A stretch of DNA of 64,000 bases from Paragordius varius (lineage: Eukaryota; Animalia; Nematomorpha). The stretch lies in the NCBI GenBank assembly GCA_964247055.1, contig OZ176056.1:1364001-1428000 (forward strand), in the 5' to 3' direction. The position numbers were made by a program, and so were the translations under genes. Below are positions 36,901 to 52,190 of this stretch, piece after piece (the stretch's first letter is position 1; each line of letters starts with the position of its first letter). Under the pieces are notes generated by a model. The model did not search any database. It worked only from the letters and a program-made list of their open reading frames with translations, and had not been told where the DNA came from.

Positions 36901-39900
36901 AATAACTAATCTATTTAGTCCTTTACAGTAAAATGAAGTTAGCCAAATCTTACAATAAACCATCTGTCAAAATCTGTTTTCAATCAATTCTCAACACGTT
37001 AACAACTAAAACTCCATCTATCTTGTTACTGAATTGGGGCTTCGGTGATGAGTGGATGTACACAATAAAACTTTAATCTGTTTAGTTCTTTACGGTAAAC
37101 ACAAGTTAGCTAATTCTTACAATAAACTGTCCGGCAAAATCTGTTTTCAATCAATTCTCAACTCGTTAACAACCAAAACACCGTCTATCTTGTTCTGAAT
37201 TGGGGCTTCGGTGATGAGTGGATGTACACAATAATACTTTAGTCTGTTTAGTCCTTTACAGTAAAATGAAGTTAGCCAAATCTTATAATAAACCATCCGT
37301 CAAAATCTGTTTTCAATCAATTCTCAACACGTTAACAACTAAAACTCCGTCTATCTTGTTACTGAATTGGGGCTTCGGTGATGAGTGGATGCACAAAATA
37401 ACTTAATCTGTTTAGTCCTTTACAGTAAACCCAAGTTAGCCAAGTCTTACAATAAACCGTCCGGCAAAATCTGTTTTCAATCAATTCTCAACTCGTTAAC
37501 AACCAAAACACCGTCTATCTTGTTCTGAATTGGGGCTTCGGTGATGAGTGGATGTACACAATAATACTTTAGTCTGTTTAGTCCTTTACAGTAAAATGAA
37601 GTTAGCCAAATCTTATAATAAACCATCCGTCAAAATCTGTTTTCAATCAATTCTCAACACGTTAACAACTAAAACTCCGTCTATCTTGTTACTGAATTGG
37701 GGCTTCGGTGATGAGTGGATGCACAAAATAACTTAATCTGTTTAGTCCTTTACAGTAAACCCAAGTTAGCCAAGTCTTACAATAAACCGTCCGGCAAAAT
37801 CTGTTTTCAATCAATTCTCAACTCGTTAACAACTAAACCATTATCTATCTTGTTACTGAATTGGGGCTTCGGTGATGATTGGATGTACACAATAATACTT
37901 TAATCTGTTTAGTCCTTTACAGTAAACTCAAGCCAATTACAATAAACCGTCCGTCAAAATCTGTTTTCAATCAATTCTCAACACGTTAACAACTAAAACT
38001 CCATCTATCTTGTTACTGAATTGGGGCTTCGGTGATGAGTGGATGCAAAAATAACTAATCTATTTAGTCCTTTACAGTAAAATGAAGTTAGCCAAATCTT
38101 ATAATAAACCATCCGTCAAAATCTGTTTTCAATCAATTCTCAACACGTTAACAACTAAAACTCCGTCTATCTTGTTACTGAATTGGGGCTTCGGTGATGA
38201 GTGGATGCAAAAATAACTAATCTATTTAGTCCTTTACAGTAAAATGAAGTTAGCCAAATCTTACAATAAACCATCTGTCAAAATCTGTTTTCAATCAATT
38301 CTCAACACGTTAACAACTAAAACTCCATCTATCTTGTTACTGAATTGGGGCTTCGGTGATGAGTGGATGTACACAATAAAACTTTAATCTGTTTAGTTCT
38401 TTACGGTAAACACAAGTTAGCTAATTCTTACAATAAACTGTCCGGCAAAATCTGTTTTCAATCAATTCTCAACTCGTTCAAAACTAAAACATTATCTATC
38501 TTGTTACTGAATGGCGGCTTCGGTGATGAGTGGATGTACACAATAATACTTTAATCTGTTTAGTCCTTTACAGTAAACTCAAGTTAGCCAAGTCTTTACA
38601 ATAAACCGTCCGCCAAAATCTGTTTTCAATCAATTCTCAATCGTTAACAACTAAACACCGTCTATCTTGTTACTGAATTGGGGCTTCGGTGATGAGTGGA
38701 TGTACACAATAATACTTTAATCTGTTTAGTCATTTACAGTAAACTCAAGTTAGCCAAATCTTACAATAAACCGTCCGGCAAAATAAGTTTTCAATCAATT
38801 CTCAACTCGTTAACAACTAAAACACCATCTATCTTGTTATTAGATTGCGGGGTTCGGTGATGAGTGGAAGTACAAAATAACTTAATCTGTTTAGTCCTTT
38901 CAGTAAACTCAAATTATACAAATCTTACAATAAACCGTCCGGCAAAATCTGTTTTCAATCAATTCGCAACTCGTTAGCATCCAAAACACCATCTATCTTG
39001 TTACTGAATTGGGGCTTCGGTGATGAGTGGATGTACACAATAATACTTTAATCTGTTTAGTCCTTTACAGTAAACTCAAGCCAAGTCTTACAATAAACCG
39101 TCCGTCAAAATCTGTTTTCAATCAATTCTCAACACGTTAACAACTAAAACACCATCTATCTTGTTACTAGATTGTGGGGTTCGGTGATGAGTGGAAGCAC
39201 AAAATAACTTAATCTGTTTAGTCCTTTCAGTAAACTCAAGTTAGCCAAGTTTTACAATAAACCGTCCGGAGAAATCTGTTTTCAATCAACTCTCAACTTG
39301 TTAACAACTAAAACACCATCTATCTTGTTACTGAATTGGGGCTTCGGTGATGAGTGGATGTACACAATATTACTTTAATCTGTTTAGTCATTTACAGTAA
39401 ACTCAAGTTAGCCAAGTCTTTACAATAAACCGTCCGGCAAAATCTGTATTCAATCAATTCTCAACTCGTTAACAACCAAAACACCGTCTATCTTGTTCTG
39501 AATTGGGGCTTCGGTGATGAGTGGATGTACACAATAATACTTTAGTCTGTTTAGTCCTTTACAGTAAAATGAAGTTAGCCAAATCTTATAATAAACCATC
39601 CGTCAAAATCTGTTTTCAATCAATTCTCAACACGTTAACAACTAAAACTCCATCTATCTTGTTACTGAATTGGGGCTTCGGTGATGAGTGGATGCAAAAA
39701 TAACTAATCTATTTAGTCCTTTACAGTAAAATGAAGTTAGCCAAATCTTACAATAAACCATCTGTCAAAATCTGTTTTCAATCAATTCTCAACACGTTAA
39801 CAACTAAAACTCCATCTATCTTGTTACTGAATTGGGGCTTCGGTGATGAGTGGATGTACACAATAAAACTTTAATCTGTTTAGTTCTTTACGGTAAACAC

Positions 39901-41186
39901 AAGTTAGCTAATTCTTACAATAAACTGTCCGGCAAAATCTGTTTTCAATCAATTCTCAACTCGTTCAAAACTAAAACATTATCTATCTTGTTACTGAATG
40001 GCGGCTTCGGTGATGAGTGGATGTACACAATAATACTTTAATCTGTTTAGTCCTTTACAGTAAACTCAAGTTAGCCAAGTCTTTACAATAAACCGTCCGC
40101 CAAAATCTGTTTTCAATCAATTCTCAATCGTTAACAACTAAACACCGTCTATCTTGTTACTGAATTGGGGCTTCGGTGATGAGTGGATGTACACAATAAT
40201 ACTTTAATCTGTTTAGTCATTTACAGTAAACTCAAGTTAGCCAAATCTTACAATAAACCGTCCGGCAAAATAAGTTTTCAATCAATTCTCAACTCGTTAA
40301 CAACTAAAACACCATCTATCTTGTTATTAGATTGCGGGGTTCGGTGATGAGTGGAAGCACAAAATAACTTAATCTGTTTAGTCCTTTCAGTAAACTCAAG
40401 TTACCCAAGTCTCACACTAAGCCGTCCGGCAAAATAAGTTTTCAATCAATTCTCAACTCGTTAACAACCAAAACACCATCTATCTTGTTACTGAATGGCG
40501 GCTTCGGTGATGAGTGGATGTACACAATAATACTTTAATCTGTTTAGTCCTTTACAGTAAATTCAAGTTAGGCAAGTCTTTACAATAAACCGTCCGGGAA
40601 AATCTGTTTTCAATCAATTCTCAACTCGTTAACAACCAAAACACCGTCTATCTTGTTACTGAATTGGGGCTTCGGTGATGAGTGGATGTACACAATAAAA
40701 CGTTGATCTGTTTAGTCCATTACAGCAAGCTCAGGTTATCCAAGTTTTACAAAAAACCGTCCAGCGAAATCTGTTTTCAATCAATTCTCAACACGTTAAC
40801 AACTAAAACTCCGTCTATCTTGTTACTGAATTGGGGCTTCGGTGATGAGTGGATGTACACAATAATACTTTAATCTGTTTAGCCTTTACAGTAAACTCAA
40901 GCCAAGTCTTTACAATAAACCGTCCGGCAAAATCTGTTTTCAATCAATTCTCAACTCGTTAACCACCAAAACACCGTCTATCTTGTTACTGAATTGGGGC
41001 TTCGGTGATGAGTGGATGTACACAATAATACTTTAATCTGTTTAGTCCTTTACAGTAAACTCAAGTTAACCAAGTCTTTACAATAAACCATCCGTCAAAA
41101 TCTGTTTTCAATCAATTCTCAACGCGTTAACAACTAAAACACCATCTATCTTATTACTGAATTGCGGGCTTCGGTGATGAGTGGAT
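33905..41186. repeat. Tandem satellite array 2, same ~167 bp family, ~44 units
   Basis: Same monomer as array 1; right junction (GTGGATTTAAAAGACTAG) homologous to that of array 1. Confidence 0.98.
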
Positions 41187-42411
41187 TTAAAAGACTAGGG
41201 CACGTTTTATCGATACAGCAAAAACATCTTATAGCAGTACCACATTTTGCTTTTCATATAATTCCAATTTGCCTATCTCACTCTTATTTTTGTCACATAT
41301 TTCTTTATCCAACTCTCGAAACAGACTACAAAAGAATTACAGCCATTTCATTTATTTTGATATCCAATATATTTTAATGTTTTATTAAATAATATATATA
41401 TAAACCCAATGGGGTCATAACACCTTACAAAATAAAAAATAAATAATTTTAATCGTATATAATATTCAGATATTGTGTGGTTTTTTTTATAATATAATTT
41501 AGATTATAAAGATCATTTAATACAGACGCAGCGATTCTGTATACTACCTTCAATTTTTTTACCAAATTAAATGTTTTTGGTAAGATTTATTTCAAAAATA
41601 AATAAATTTTTAAAAATTAAAATTATACAGTAGACAAAACGTTAAAACTAAAACATATAAGTTTTATAGAAGATTACCATATTTCTTAACCAAATGTTAT
41701 CACCGTTTTGTTTTGCAAAGTAAGGTATATTGATTTAAGTGATGACACTATCATATTATATACTTAAAAATATTTATTTTTGTTTTAGGAATTATCTAGG
41801 TTTAAAAGAGTCGGTTGTCTTTTTAGATTGTTATTTAATTTTTGTTTTATCTGTAAATAATTGTTATTGTAAAATCGTAAATAAAAATTTAAATGTGCAT
41901 CAAATCGGGGGGTAGTATGAAAAAATACCTAATTATATATGGTAAGAAATGATAAGAATCCTATGTTGCTTTTGTTTTGGGTCTTACCATTAGATTTCGA
42001 ACAAACGGACGGTACCTAAAATGAATGGTTCCTCTAAAATAAATCAAAATGGCGAGATTGTGCGACAAAATATTGAATACCTATGACATTAAAAAAAAAT
42101 AATTTTAAGAAAAAGTTTTAAAACAGGGGCTCTTTTTTTATAATTTATATTAAATTTGAGCCCCCTTTCTATTTTGCGGAGGCTCAAAATTATTACCTTT
42201 TTTTTTATTTTAAATATGTAAATATTGTTTACCTGATTCTAAATATACTGGCAAAGAATAAAGAGAAAAGTAACTAAAATGAGTAAAGTAGAAATTATCA
42301 ATCCAGCTAAAAATTTAATGATTAATTATCCAAATGATTTGAGTGAATATTTTTTGATTCAAATACTGTCAGTTTCTAATTCTCTAAAGGATAAGATAGC
42401 TCAAATTAACA

Positions 42412-42690
42412 ATGGCAGGCAACTTAGAGCTTATTACCCCACCAGTTTCAGCCAGTTATGATGAAGTTATAACAGCATTATTGTTTTTGACTTTACCAGT
42501 TACGGTTGCTTCGGCGGAACGTTCATACTCAAAGTTAAAAATAATTAAAAATTATATTAGAAGCACGATTGATGAAATAAGGTTAAGCTATTTATCCTTA
42601 CTAGCAATTGAAGCGGAAATGGCGGATCAAAAAGGATAAAAAAGATATAATTAGAAAATTTGCTTATGCAAAATCGAGAAAACGAAATTT
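42412..42690 (+). pseudogene. hAT transposase C-terminal remnant, copy 2
   Basis: LTLPVTVASAERSYSKLKIIKNYIRSTIDEIRLSYLSLLAIEAEM; paralogous to 5051-5326. Confidence 0.85.
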
Positions 42691-42930
42691 TAAAACATGA
42701 TTTTCTGATTAATACATGTTCTGAAAAAGTTATTTAATTATAACCTGGAAAAATGAACGTTAAAATTAAGGAATTGGCGGTGGTTAGGGAGGGCGCGGGT
42801 TGTTACTAACCATCATATATAAAAATACCAAGAACGCAAAACATTAGACCAAGTCATGTAAATATTATCGTTTTTAAATAATATTTATTTATGAATCTAA
42901 GTGATGCGTGGACTTCTGTTATTAAAAATA

Positions 42931-43110
42931 AACCATTTTTCACACGGGGTGGGCCCGAACTGGGGGCCTAATTCAAAAAAAGGGCGAAGTTATTGTCGGG
43001 GCATTCATTAATGATTTTATTTTTTCGACATTTGGATTTGAATGGGTCCACCGGTTTTCCGGAAACACATCGCAAAGCCAGCATTTTCCATTTTTATAAA
43101 TATATAGATT
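42931..43110 (+). mobile_element. 3' fragment of the Helitron/HINE-like repeat, copy 2
   Basis: Paralog of 5586-5760, ending TTTATAAATATATAGAT. Confidence 0.75.
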
Positions 43111-43717
43111 CAACTTTTTGCTTCTTCCCAATATTTATTGCAATATGTAATTAATTATATGGTGGCTGCAATGGTCTTGCGTTTTAACTCTATCAAAAAT
43201 ATTTGACGATTTTTTTGAGATGAGCTGACTGCGTTCAATTTGAAGGAATCAATTATAAATTAATCCATCCTTTTTGCATTTAAATTCCATAATTAGCGAA
43301 ACTTAAATAACAAATGGCCTAAAAAATTAAAATTAAAATATTACAGGAAAAGTATATATTATACTTAACCTGAAATAATGTGAAAAAAAATGTTTTTTGC
43401 TTCAAATTATACATTTATTCATTCTAAAAAACTTATATTGTTGCTTAAATACTTGTATTTGGCATGGATTTACAAATCCCTTAATAATTAAAAATGTTCA
43501 CAAAGTATTATTGCAAAATATTTTTAAATCTTAAACGCAATTCAACTTTGTTTTGCTTAGGCTGTTATAACTTTTAAGTAAGAATGTTTGTTAACTTGTT
43601 TATATATTACAGTGTAGTTGGAGCGTACCTTGTACTATAGATATCTGACCTGATAAAATGTTTTTTTAACGTTAATATCCAAATATTTTTTTAAATATTT
43701 TTTTAAATTATATTACG

Positions 43718-46700
43718 ATGATGAATGCTATTATGCGAACATTAATTTATAATATTATAGCATGTATTCTGCTAAGTCAAACGACAGGTAATACTGCTTT
43801 AAATGACAAATTATGTCAATTTTTAATTTCCAAAGTATTTTACAGATTCTTAAATTTTCACAACAAAACTTATATTTTGGGAGTAAAGGTCTTATTATAA
43901 TTAAATAGAGTAAGGATTCGTAATGCAAGCTTGCAATTATTCGTTATTCGCTTTTTTACCACCTCTACAATGTTAGTAAATAGATATAAAAACAGTCAGT
44001 CACTTATTAAATACCTTTTAACAATAATAATATGTCTCTACCTACTTGAAATCCGACCAATGACCATTATGGTATTAACAGTATATCATATTCATCAAAA
44101 AAATATAAGAATTACCATAGAGCTCTTGTTTTTTCCATTCTTTACCAAATATCTAAATCCGTTTAACGAAAAAAATAAATTTTTGTTAAATAAAGGATAT
44201 ATGACTGTATTTATTGATTGGTTTCTCAATGCCATGGCATTGTTTTTCCGTATTTAATAATAATATTCCAATTTTGTTTTACAAAAATATGTGTAATATA
44301 AGATATTCAAAAACACATATTTTTTTAGAGTTATTTAAAAATGCTTGAGGGTGAATTTAAAGTGTTTAAAAATAAATTTGAGGAGCTAATAATATATATA
44401 TTAACTAATGATGAAAGTTTATAATTATCTGCATTACAAAGCCAATAGATCGGTTTTTATATATTGACCCCTGCTAACAAAGTTTAATTTATTATTTTAT
44501 CATATAGCATATCGTGAACAAATTGTATTCGGTAAAGATATACAATTATTTTCTTATCTAATTTAACTTATTATTAACAAATATTTCAATATAATATTAA
44601 GAATGTTTTTACAAAATTTAATTAATATTTATTTATTTAATCAAAAAAATTTATTTAATATTGTGACACTGGGTTTAGTTATTGAGATCAAGGATGACAA
44701 TTATTCACCTAATACTAATCAATCCAGAACGGACATTGAACAAAGTATATCTATATATATGTATATATAGCTTTTTTCAAAAATATTTAAATATGTATCG
44801 CAATGGTTGATATTAGAATTATTTTTTAAAATTGGTTCCAAATCATCAATTTTTTGTTTTGGCTGTTCCACATGTTTTTTGAAAATAAGCTTTTATGGTT
44901 TCATCTTAAATGCCATTTCGCTTTTGATTTTAGTTTATTTGCTACCCCTGGTTTTTAAAGTAATTGTCAAATCTTGATTCCATATTCTTTAAAATATCAT
45001 TTTTATGGATAAAATATATAACCGGAAATCATAGAAGCCAAAATAATTCTCTTACTGATTCCTAAGATAATTTTTAAACAGAAAATGAGAAATAAATTTT
45101 TTATTACCGCTGTACAAATACAATGCTGTTTTATTTGATATTAAAATTTATATTTTTATATATATTTATTATTAGGAATTTCAGAAAATATACAAGTTAT
45201 AATTAAATATAATCCCTTTTATGTTAGCATAATTATATATACTAAGCAATCATTATTTATCTAATTCAAATTTTTGAATTTGCAGAATCTCACTAAAATA
45301 CCCAATGTGTCGGTTACTGAATTCGCAATAAGTAATATTTTTTGGATTAAAATATAATTTATGCAATATTTAAAGTAAGGGTGTACCACACTTCCGTGTT
45401 CCGTGCGTCACTCGGAAAATTTGGAAATATATTTTTAAAAAATTTTCTTATGAATATAAAATTAATATTTCCTAAAAAATTTTACCTTCTCTGGCAACAA
45501 ACTAGAAATCAATGTATTTGTTTAAAATTTTAATTTTTATGTCTGAATGATAAAATATACCATTTATAATTCAAATTTACCTTTGAGCAATTCAAATTCC
45601 CCCTCGAACCACTCAAATTCACCCTAAACAATTCACCCTCACCCTTAACATTAATTATGTGTTTTCGGAAATTCATCATTGATATGAAACATATTTTTAT
45701 GACATAGATTATTTTTCAGCATTATATTAATTATAAACGGAATTCGATATTTTAAAATATTATAAAAAGATAATTTTTAATCTTAAAAAACACATCATTT
45801 ATTTTAGGGTGAATTTCAATTCTTCGAGGGTGAATTTATATTATGCAAGGGTGAATTTTAACTGTAAATGCTATATTTAGCTGATATATACTTCAAATGC
45901 GGCCCGCCGATTTTTTGATTCAAAAAGCCGCCAAAGCTATTTTATGTTGTTGTTTTAAAGGTTAAAATTAAATATTTAATATGATAATAACTTATTTTAA
46001 GTGGTACAATGATTAATTAGAGCTCCATACTAGAGAAATAATGGTTTGACCGATTAAAAAATAACGGTCTTATTGCTTAGAAATGCATTTTCTAATAATA
46101 TAAAGAGTTAAATAGTTTAAATAGTGAAAATTCAATTTTTCTATGACCATATATATTATTAAAAATACTTATTTGGTCAGAAAATTAAGTTTACTATAGT
46201 CAAATTCATATTTCTATTAGCCATATCATATGGTTGTTTTTGACTGGTTATTTTTAATACTTACAAGCACGAATTTGTAACCGGGGACAATCTCAATAAG
46301 GATTTAAAATAGTAAAATTTGTTTTATTTTTTCAGATTCAAATGAAACTCAGTTGATGGATAAATATTATTATCAGGTCTCGTAATTATAAAACTTAATT
46401 ATCTTCTGTATAATAATATTTACAGTAAAATTAAATTATACAGACTAAACGTAAAAAATTAATACAAATATCATTTTAACACGGCTATAGTTTTTAAGAC
46501 TTGATTATTTCAATTATAACTCATTGTTTTAAAATGCAAAGTATGAAATAAAGATATATATTGAAAACAATTTATATATTCTACAATTGTAAATTGATAG
46601 TTTACATAGAAAAAATATTTGTCTTTATGTTTTCAGCTTTTGTTTTAGAATTCCGATTTTTACTGTACAATAATTTAGGCTTTACAAAAAAACTTAAACA

Positions 46701-49700
46701 TACTTTTTTAGACATGGCCTGGAGAAACAAGTAAAAGCGTGTGGGTTTTATTCTATCTATATTTTATGTATATTTGAACAAGTTTTTAAAAAATAAAAGA
46801 TAATTAAGAAAACGTATAAATTTAAATTTTTATAGCAGTATGCATTTTAATGGTTGCTTATTTCACACTATAGTCGGGCAATTTGCAATTCACAGGAGTT
46901 AGTGTATGGAAAATGCAACAAAATGTTGAATAAACAATTTATTCCTTTCTTTTTTCCATACACTACTTAACTGTGTTGCAGATTGCCCCCAACTATAGTG
47001 TGAAATAAGCAACCATTAAAATGCATAATGTATATTAACTGCCTTTGCTCAATTGTACATATCTTATTTTTATGTAAAAGAATTGATTACCTCCTTTTTT
47101 AGTCTAAAGGTTTTTATTTCGGTTACAATAAAAATTAAATTATTTTTATAAAGTGTTAACCAACGATCTTATAAATAAAATTTTGTTAATATAATTGGAA
47201 AAATTGACTTATTGGGCAGTATTTTAAAGCTCATTGTCAGGATTGAAATAAAGAGCGTTCATTTGAATTAGAAAAGCTTAACAATAATAATTACGAATAA
47301 AAAATAAACTTTGCCTTCACCGATTCGGAATACAATGTCGAATCATTTATATAACGTGTTGTTAAAATGGTTAAAGAATTTCAATGTTAAGTTTTTAAAT
47401 AATAATTGTGAATCTTATTCATTCTCAATATAGCTGCGAATATAAAGAAAGACCCTAATAAAACGGTATTTATATTTGAAAATGCATTAATAATCATGCT
47501 TTATTTTTGTGTTGATGCGAAGATGTTATAGGAATCTAATGAAAATTCATTAATAAATTTATTATTAATTTTGCTGATTTTGCAGCATATTATACAAAAA
47601 AATTTAATTTATCTTTACTTTTGTATATTTATAAGATTTCAACTGACATTTTTCCGTGCTTAGAATTTTAGCATTATAAAATTTATGTTATAGCCACATT
47701 GAAATAAATGCAGTGATATGACATTAAATAAAACTTTATAGTAATAATAATCTTAGATATATGAAAGGCCGAATAAAACCAACCCAATTTTCAAAGGTCG
47801 GACTCAAGTATGAAAATATATTTGTAATATAAAAAGGATTCTGGCATTGATGGAAAAAAACTTTTAGCTGCTTCTCCTGGTATACTATTTTTATTCATAT
47901 TTGATTTATTTTATACATCTTAAATGGGACAGTTTGGACAAATAATTAGACATAATGTCATTTATTGTCAATTTTAAGGATTTAATTTAAAATAATAAAA
48001 TCATTTACTTTGATTGACTCACAACTTATAAAAATAAATAATATAAATAACAGGTCAAGAATCGTTAAAAACAGGGAACAAATAAAAATGGCTTTATGGA
48101 ACGCATGTTCGACTTAATACCAATCAACCAATTTAGCAAAATTTTTCCAGAAAATTTGAATAAAATAAGTGGGCATATTTTTGCCATTCGTTATATTTCA
48201 TATTTAATCTCTAATTGACAATTCACAAATTTTTGACTGCGTTTAGGATACTTCTGATTAAACCATATTTAGGATTATATCATTTTTAAGCTTGTAAAAA
48301 AATAATTAAACCAGTTATTTAAGTTTTTATTGTAAATATCGAAGAGTATTGTCTTAAAAAAATTTTTACCAATTTAATTTTATCATTGATATAAATTAGT
48401 TGTTGCAGCGATCGGAATTGGTATGATACATATTTGTCTTTTCTATCAATCTCTCAAAATATTTATAAATATTTAAGGTACTCTAGCTCCACAAGGTATT
48501 TCTTCATAATTGCTTTATATCAAACATAAAATTTAGTAATTTTAACCGTTTAAATTTAGAAAAAAATAGAAATATTGTATTTGATCCAATTGATAAATTA
48601 TTAAGTTTTTTATTGCTAAAATGATTTATGATTTTAAAATTACTTTAAATTAGTTTTTATGTTATATTTTGGAAAAAAAATTTAAAATTTTACTTACATA
48701 TTTCAAACTAGTTATTATTTATGGTTAAAATGATGATTTATTAGGCTCAGCAACGTGAAATTCTTATGGTTAAAATTTACCATTTAAAAAAAATATCACA
48801 CTAAAAATATTTTTTATTAAGTTATATTATTTAATATTTTTAGTGGCAGGTATACGTTAATGATTTAATTTATATTTCAAATATTTTAATATTACCGGAT
48901 AAAGTGATAACCGCAACCGCAATTTAATACAGAATTTATTATATATTCGATGTAATATTTAATATTTGAATTTTAATATTTATTTTAATCATAGTAAAAT
49001 AAATAAATTACCTTAATCATACAAACAAAACGGAAAAACTCAAAGAAAGATTTCTTTTCACAAAAGACAACTCTTTCTTAAAATCTTGACTTTTTATAAA
49101 ATTAACTCAGCCTTTTGTCGTTTACAAAATAAAAAATTGAAATTTTTAAAACCTGAAAATAAACTTTGGGGAAAATCAAGGCAAAAGAATTTTTTAATTT
49201 GTGAGAAATCTTTTTTTGTACGTATAGTTTCACAGAATTAAGTCCTACAGTGTAATATATGTTTTGAATCAAAAAGTAGCTGATTTGACCTATTTAAGAT
49301 ATATTTTTATTAAATTATATTAGCTTGTATTAATATATCTGGTGTCATTTGCTAACTCTCCCTATTTTATATTCAAAATTATTGCAAGTAAAAAATGTAA
49401 ATAATGTTTTAATCCAGTCATTACTTATTTTTTTGAGTCGCATTTAAAATTGCTTCATTTAGACTTATATATATACAGTACAGTAAAAATTGATATTATA
49501 TGGAAAAACGTAAAAATATAATGACAAAATTTTTATTTTAAAAGACAACCATATTTTTTAAACCATAAATTTATCCTATAAATATCGCAATAAAATACAT
49601 AATTGATTTTGTTTCCAATATGCATCCTCTATTTCATACTTTACATTTCGAAACAATATATTATATTTAAATAAATTAAGATTCCAAAAGTATGGTTGTC

Positions 49701-51963
49701 ATTTAGAAAGAAAATATTTGTCTTTATATTAATACAATTTGTCCGTATAATTTAATTTTACTGTATATTTAACATTCTAAACCGACAACATTACCAAGAA
49801 ATCTGATGAGGAATAAAGAAAAAAAACAGATTTATTTGTAAGAACTGTAAAATATCAACAATATATCTTTGCTATTTTTCAAAAGCTTAAAAATGGTTGC
49901 ATTTAATTGATTTTATTGCTTTTTGCTCTTTATGAGGTCCCCAAAAAACTAACAACTAGTCAAAACTATTATTTAAAGTCAAGACTCTATTTAAACATCG
50001 AAACATGAGCTTATTTTTTAGCGCGTTATATAGTTTGCTGTGAAGGCTATTTAAAACGGGACGAATGTATAAGGACTCTGATTTTCATAAAAATTAATTT
50101 TGGCATATTGTCATTTTTTTCCTAATAAAATTGAAAAAAATATAAAAATTTTAATATAATTTTCTTTAATAACGAACAAGTTTTGATAAGTTATTCACCT
50201 ATATAGCCATAAAAACATAAACTTTAGCCTTGTGATTTAATTTTTGTGTGATTTTGCAACTTTATTTTGTTATTTTAATTAAATAAATTTTTTTTACTAA
50301 TTACTTTGTTTTAAAAAACGGTCACTTCAAAGATAATTTTTTATATTTTTAAATAATTTATAAAACATATTTTTAAAAAATGTAGCCACTGTACTCACAG
50401 GTAAAATTCAAATAATTTTTACAAATAAAAATATTGTAGATGGAGGTATATAATTTGATCAAAAAATTATATGTTATATAAAAATTGTATCAAATTAACC
50501 ATATATTATAAAATTTACCTTGATTTATATTTATTTTATTTTGGATTAGTTGAAATCACTGAAGCAGCTAAATTAATTGACACAATAGCTAATACTGGTA
50601 ATATATATATATATTAATTAAATATTTTTATATAAAAATAACTTTTTGTTTTGTAATTTCTGGTTTTTTAATATTACAATAAGTAATTAAACACACTGCA
50701 AATTGTATAAAATTATTTAATTGATATATTTACTTCGCTAAACTATTTGAAACCAATTAAAATCTATTTTGGAAATTTTTATGCATTGAAAAAATAAATC
50801 TAAAAATCTAGAAAATGGAGGCGAATTGGCTCAATTAGAACCAGGTAATGACAAGTTATTGTTAATTTTGGGTGACAAAGTAATTATCAGTTGTGATTTT
50901 AAAATTATTATTATATTAAATTTTTTTATTTTTTTGACTGTATTATACCCTAACCTAAGTATTTTTGGCAGTTAGTGTTCAAAAATCAAAAAAGCTTAGT
51001 TTTTAACTAAAACCAAATATTTAATTTTTATCAGGGCTATAGATCCACCAACAACTGAAGGTTTTTTTAATTCGGCATTATCTATTTATACATTGTTTTA
51101 TGGTAATATAAATAAAAGAATTAGAAAATACTATTGTTGTTGAAAAATTAAGACATTAGCCTATGATTTATATACTTTTTATCTGAAAGTATATTTTCTT
51201 TAGGTTATGATAATACCATATCTGAAATTACCCCACAAAGCACATCAGGTTTTAATTAAAATACTAGCTAAATATTTTTATGAAATACATTTTAATATTT
51301 TCCAATTATATTTTAAACAGAGGCCACAGAACCCCAACCTGGACCATCCGGTCTTCAAAGAAGTAGATTTTTATAAAAAAAATTATTTTAGTTTATATGA
51401 CCTTCGTGCCCGCTTTCAAAAATATTCAAAAACATCATATGATATAGTGGATGTACAATTATGTTTACAATAAATTTTTAGCTAAAAAAATTTGCAGTAT
51501 TAATTTAATTAATATTACGTTTATTAATGTTTTGTAATTTTTTAAATAATTTTAAAAGCAAACTTTTTTAGCACATATATTTTTTTTTGTTACCAAAGTT
51601 TTTTAACATATAAGGAGTTAAACCCTAGGTCGGCTAAATATTATATCAATTATGAAATGTATGAGTCCATATCACATTTATATAAATGAAACCAAATTAT
51701 AAAAAATAGTGCTCCTGATAATTTTTTAACCTTTTAATTAATATGCAATTAAAATAAAAAAGATGTATGATAATAAAAATCATAATTTACATAGAAGTTG
51801 AAATCACGAAATATTATTTTCTTTATAATTTGCCTAATTTATTTTATCCTTGTAAAGATTAATGCATAAACTTAGAGGTCAGGTGACCGATATTCAAATT
51901 TTTAAGGCCGAAATTAAGTTAGTTCTTAAGACTCCATTTTAATTTTGCTGATCAGTTATGATG

Positions 51964-51999
<36 letters not shown>

Positions 52000-52159
52000 C
52001 CATAAATTTAGACTCTGATGTAGTTGACGATGATATAAGCGGCATAATTTACACTTTAATCCAAAAAAAATATTAATATTAAAGCTGATATTTTTTGAAT
52101 GCATTGTTTAAATATAGAGATTATTTTATAAGTATAAGTAATCTAGCTTCATTTTTTGT

Positions 52160-52190
<31 letters not shown>

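Noticed and set aside
33905-41186. CRISPR-like or ribozyme-bearing array
   Set aside because: There are no unique spacers. The TGATGAG core is GTGATGA rather than the hammerhead CTGATGA, and no stem II pairing to a conserved GAAA was found.
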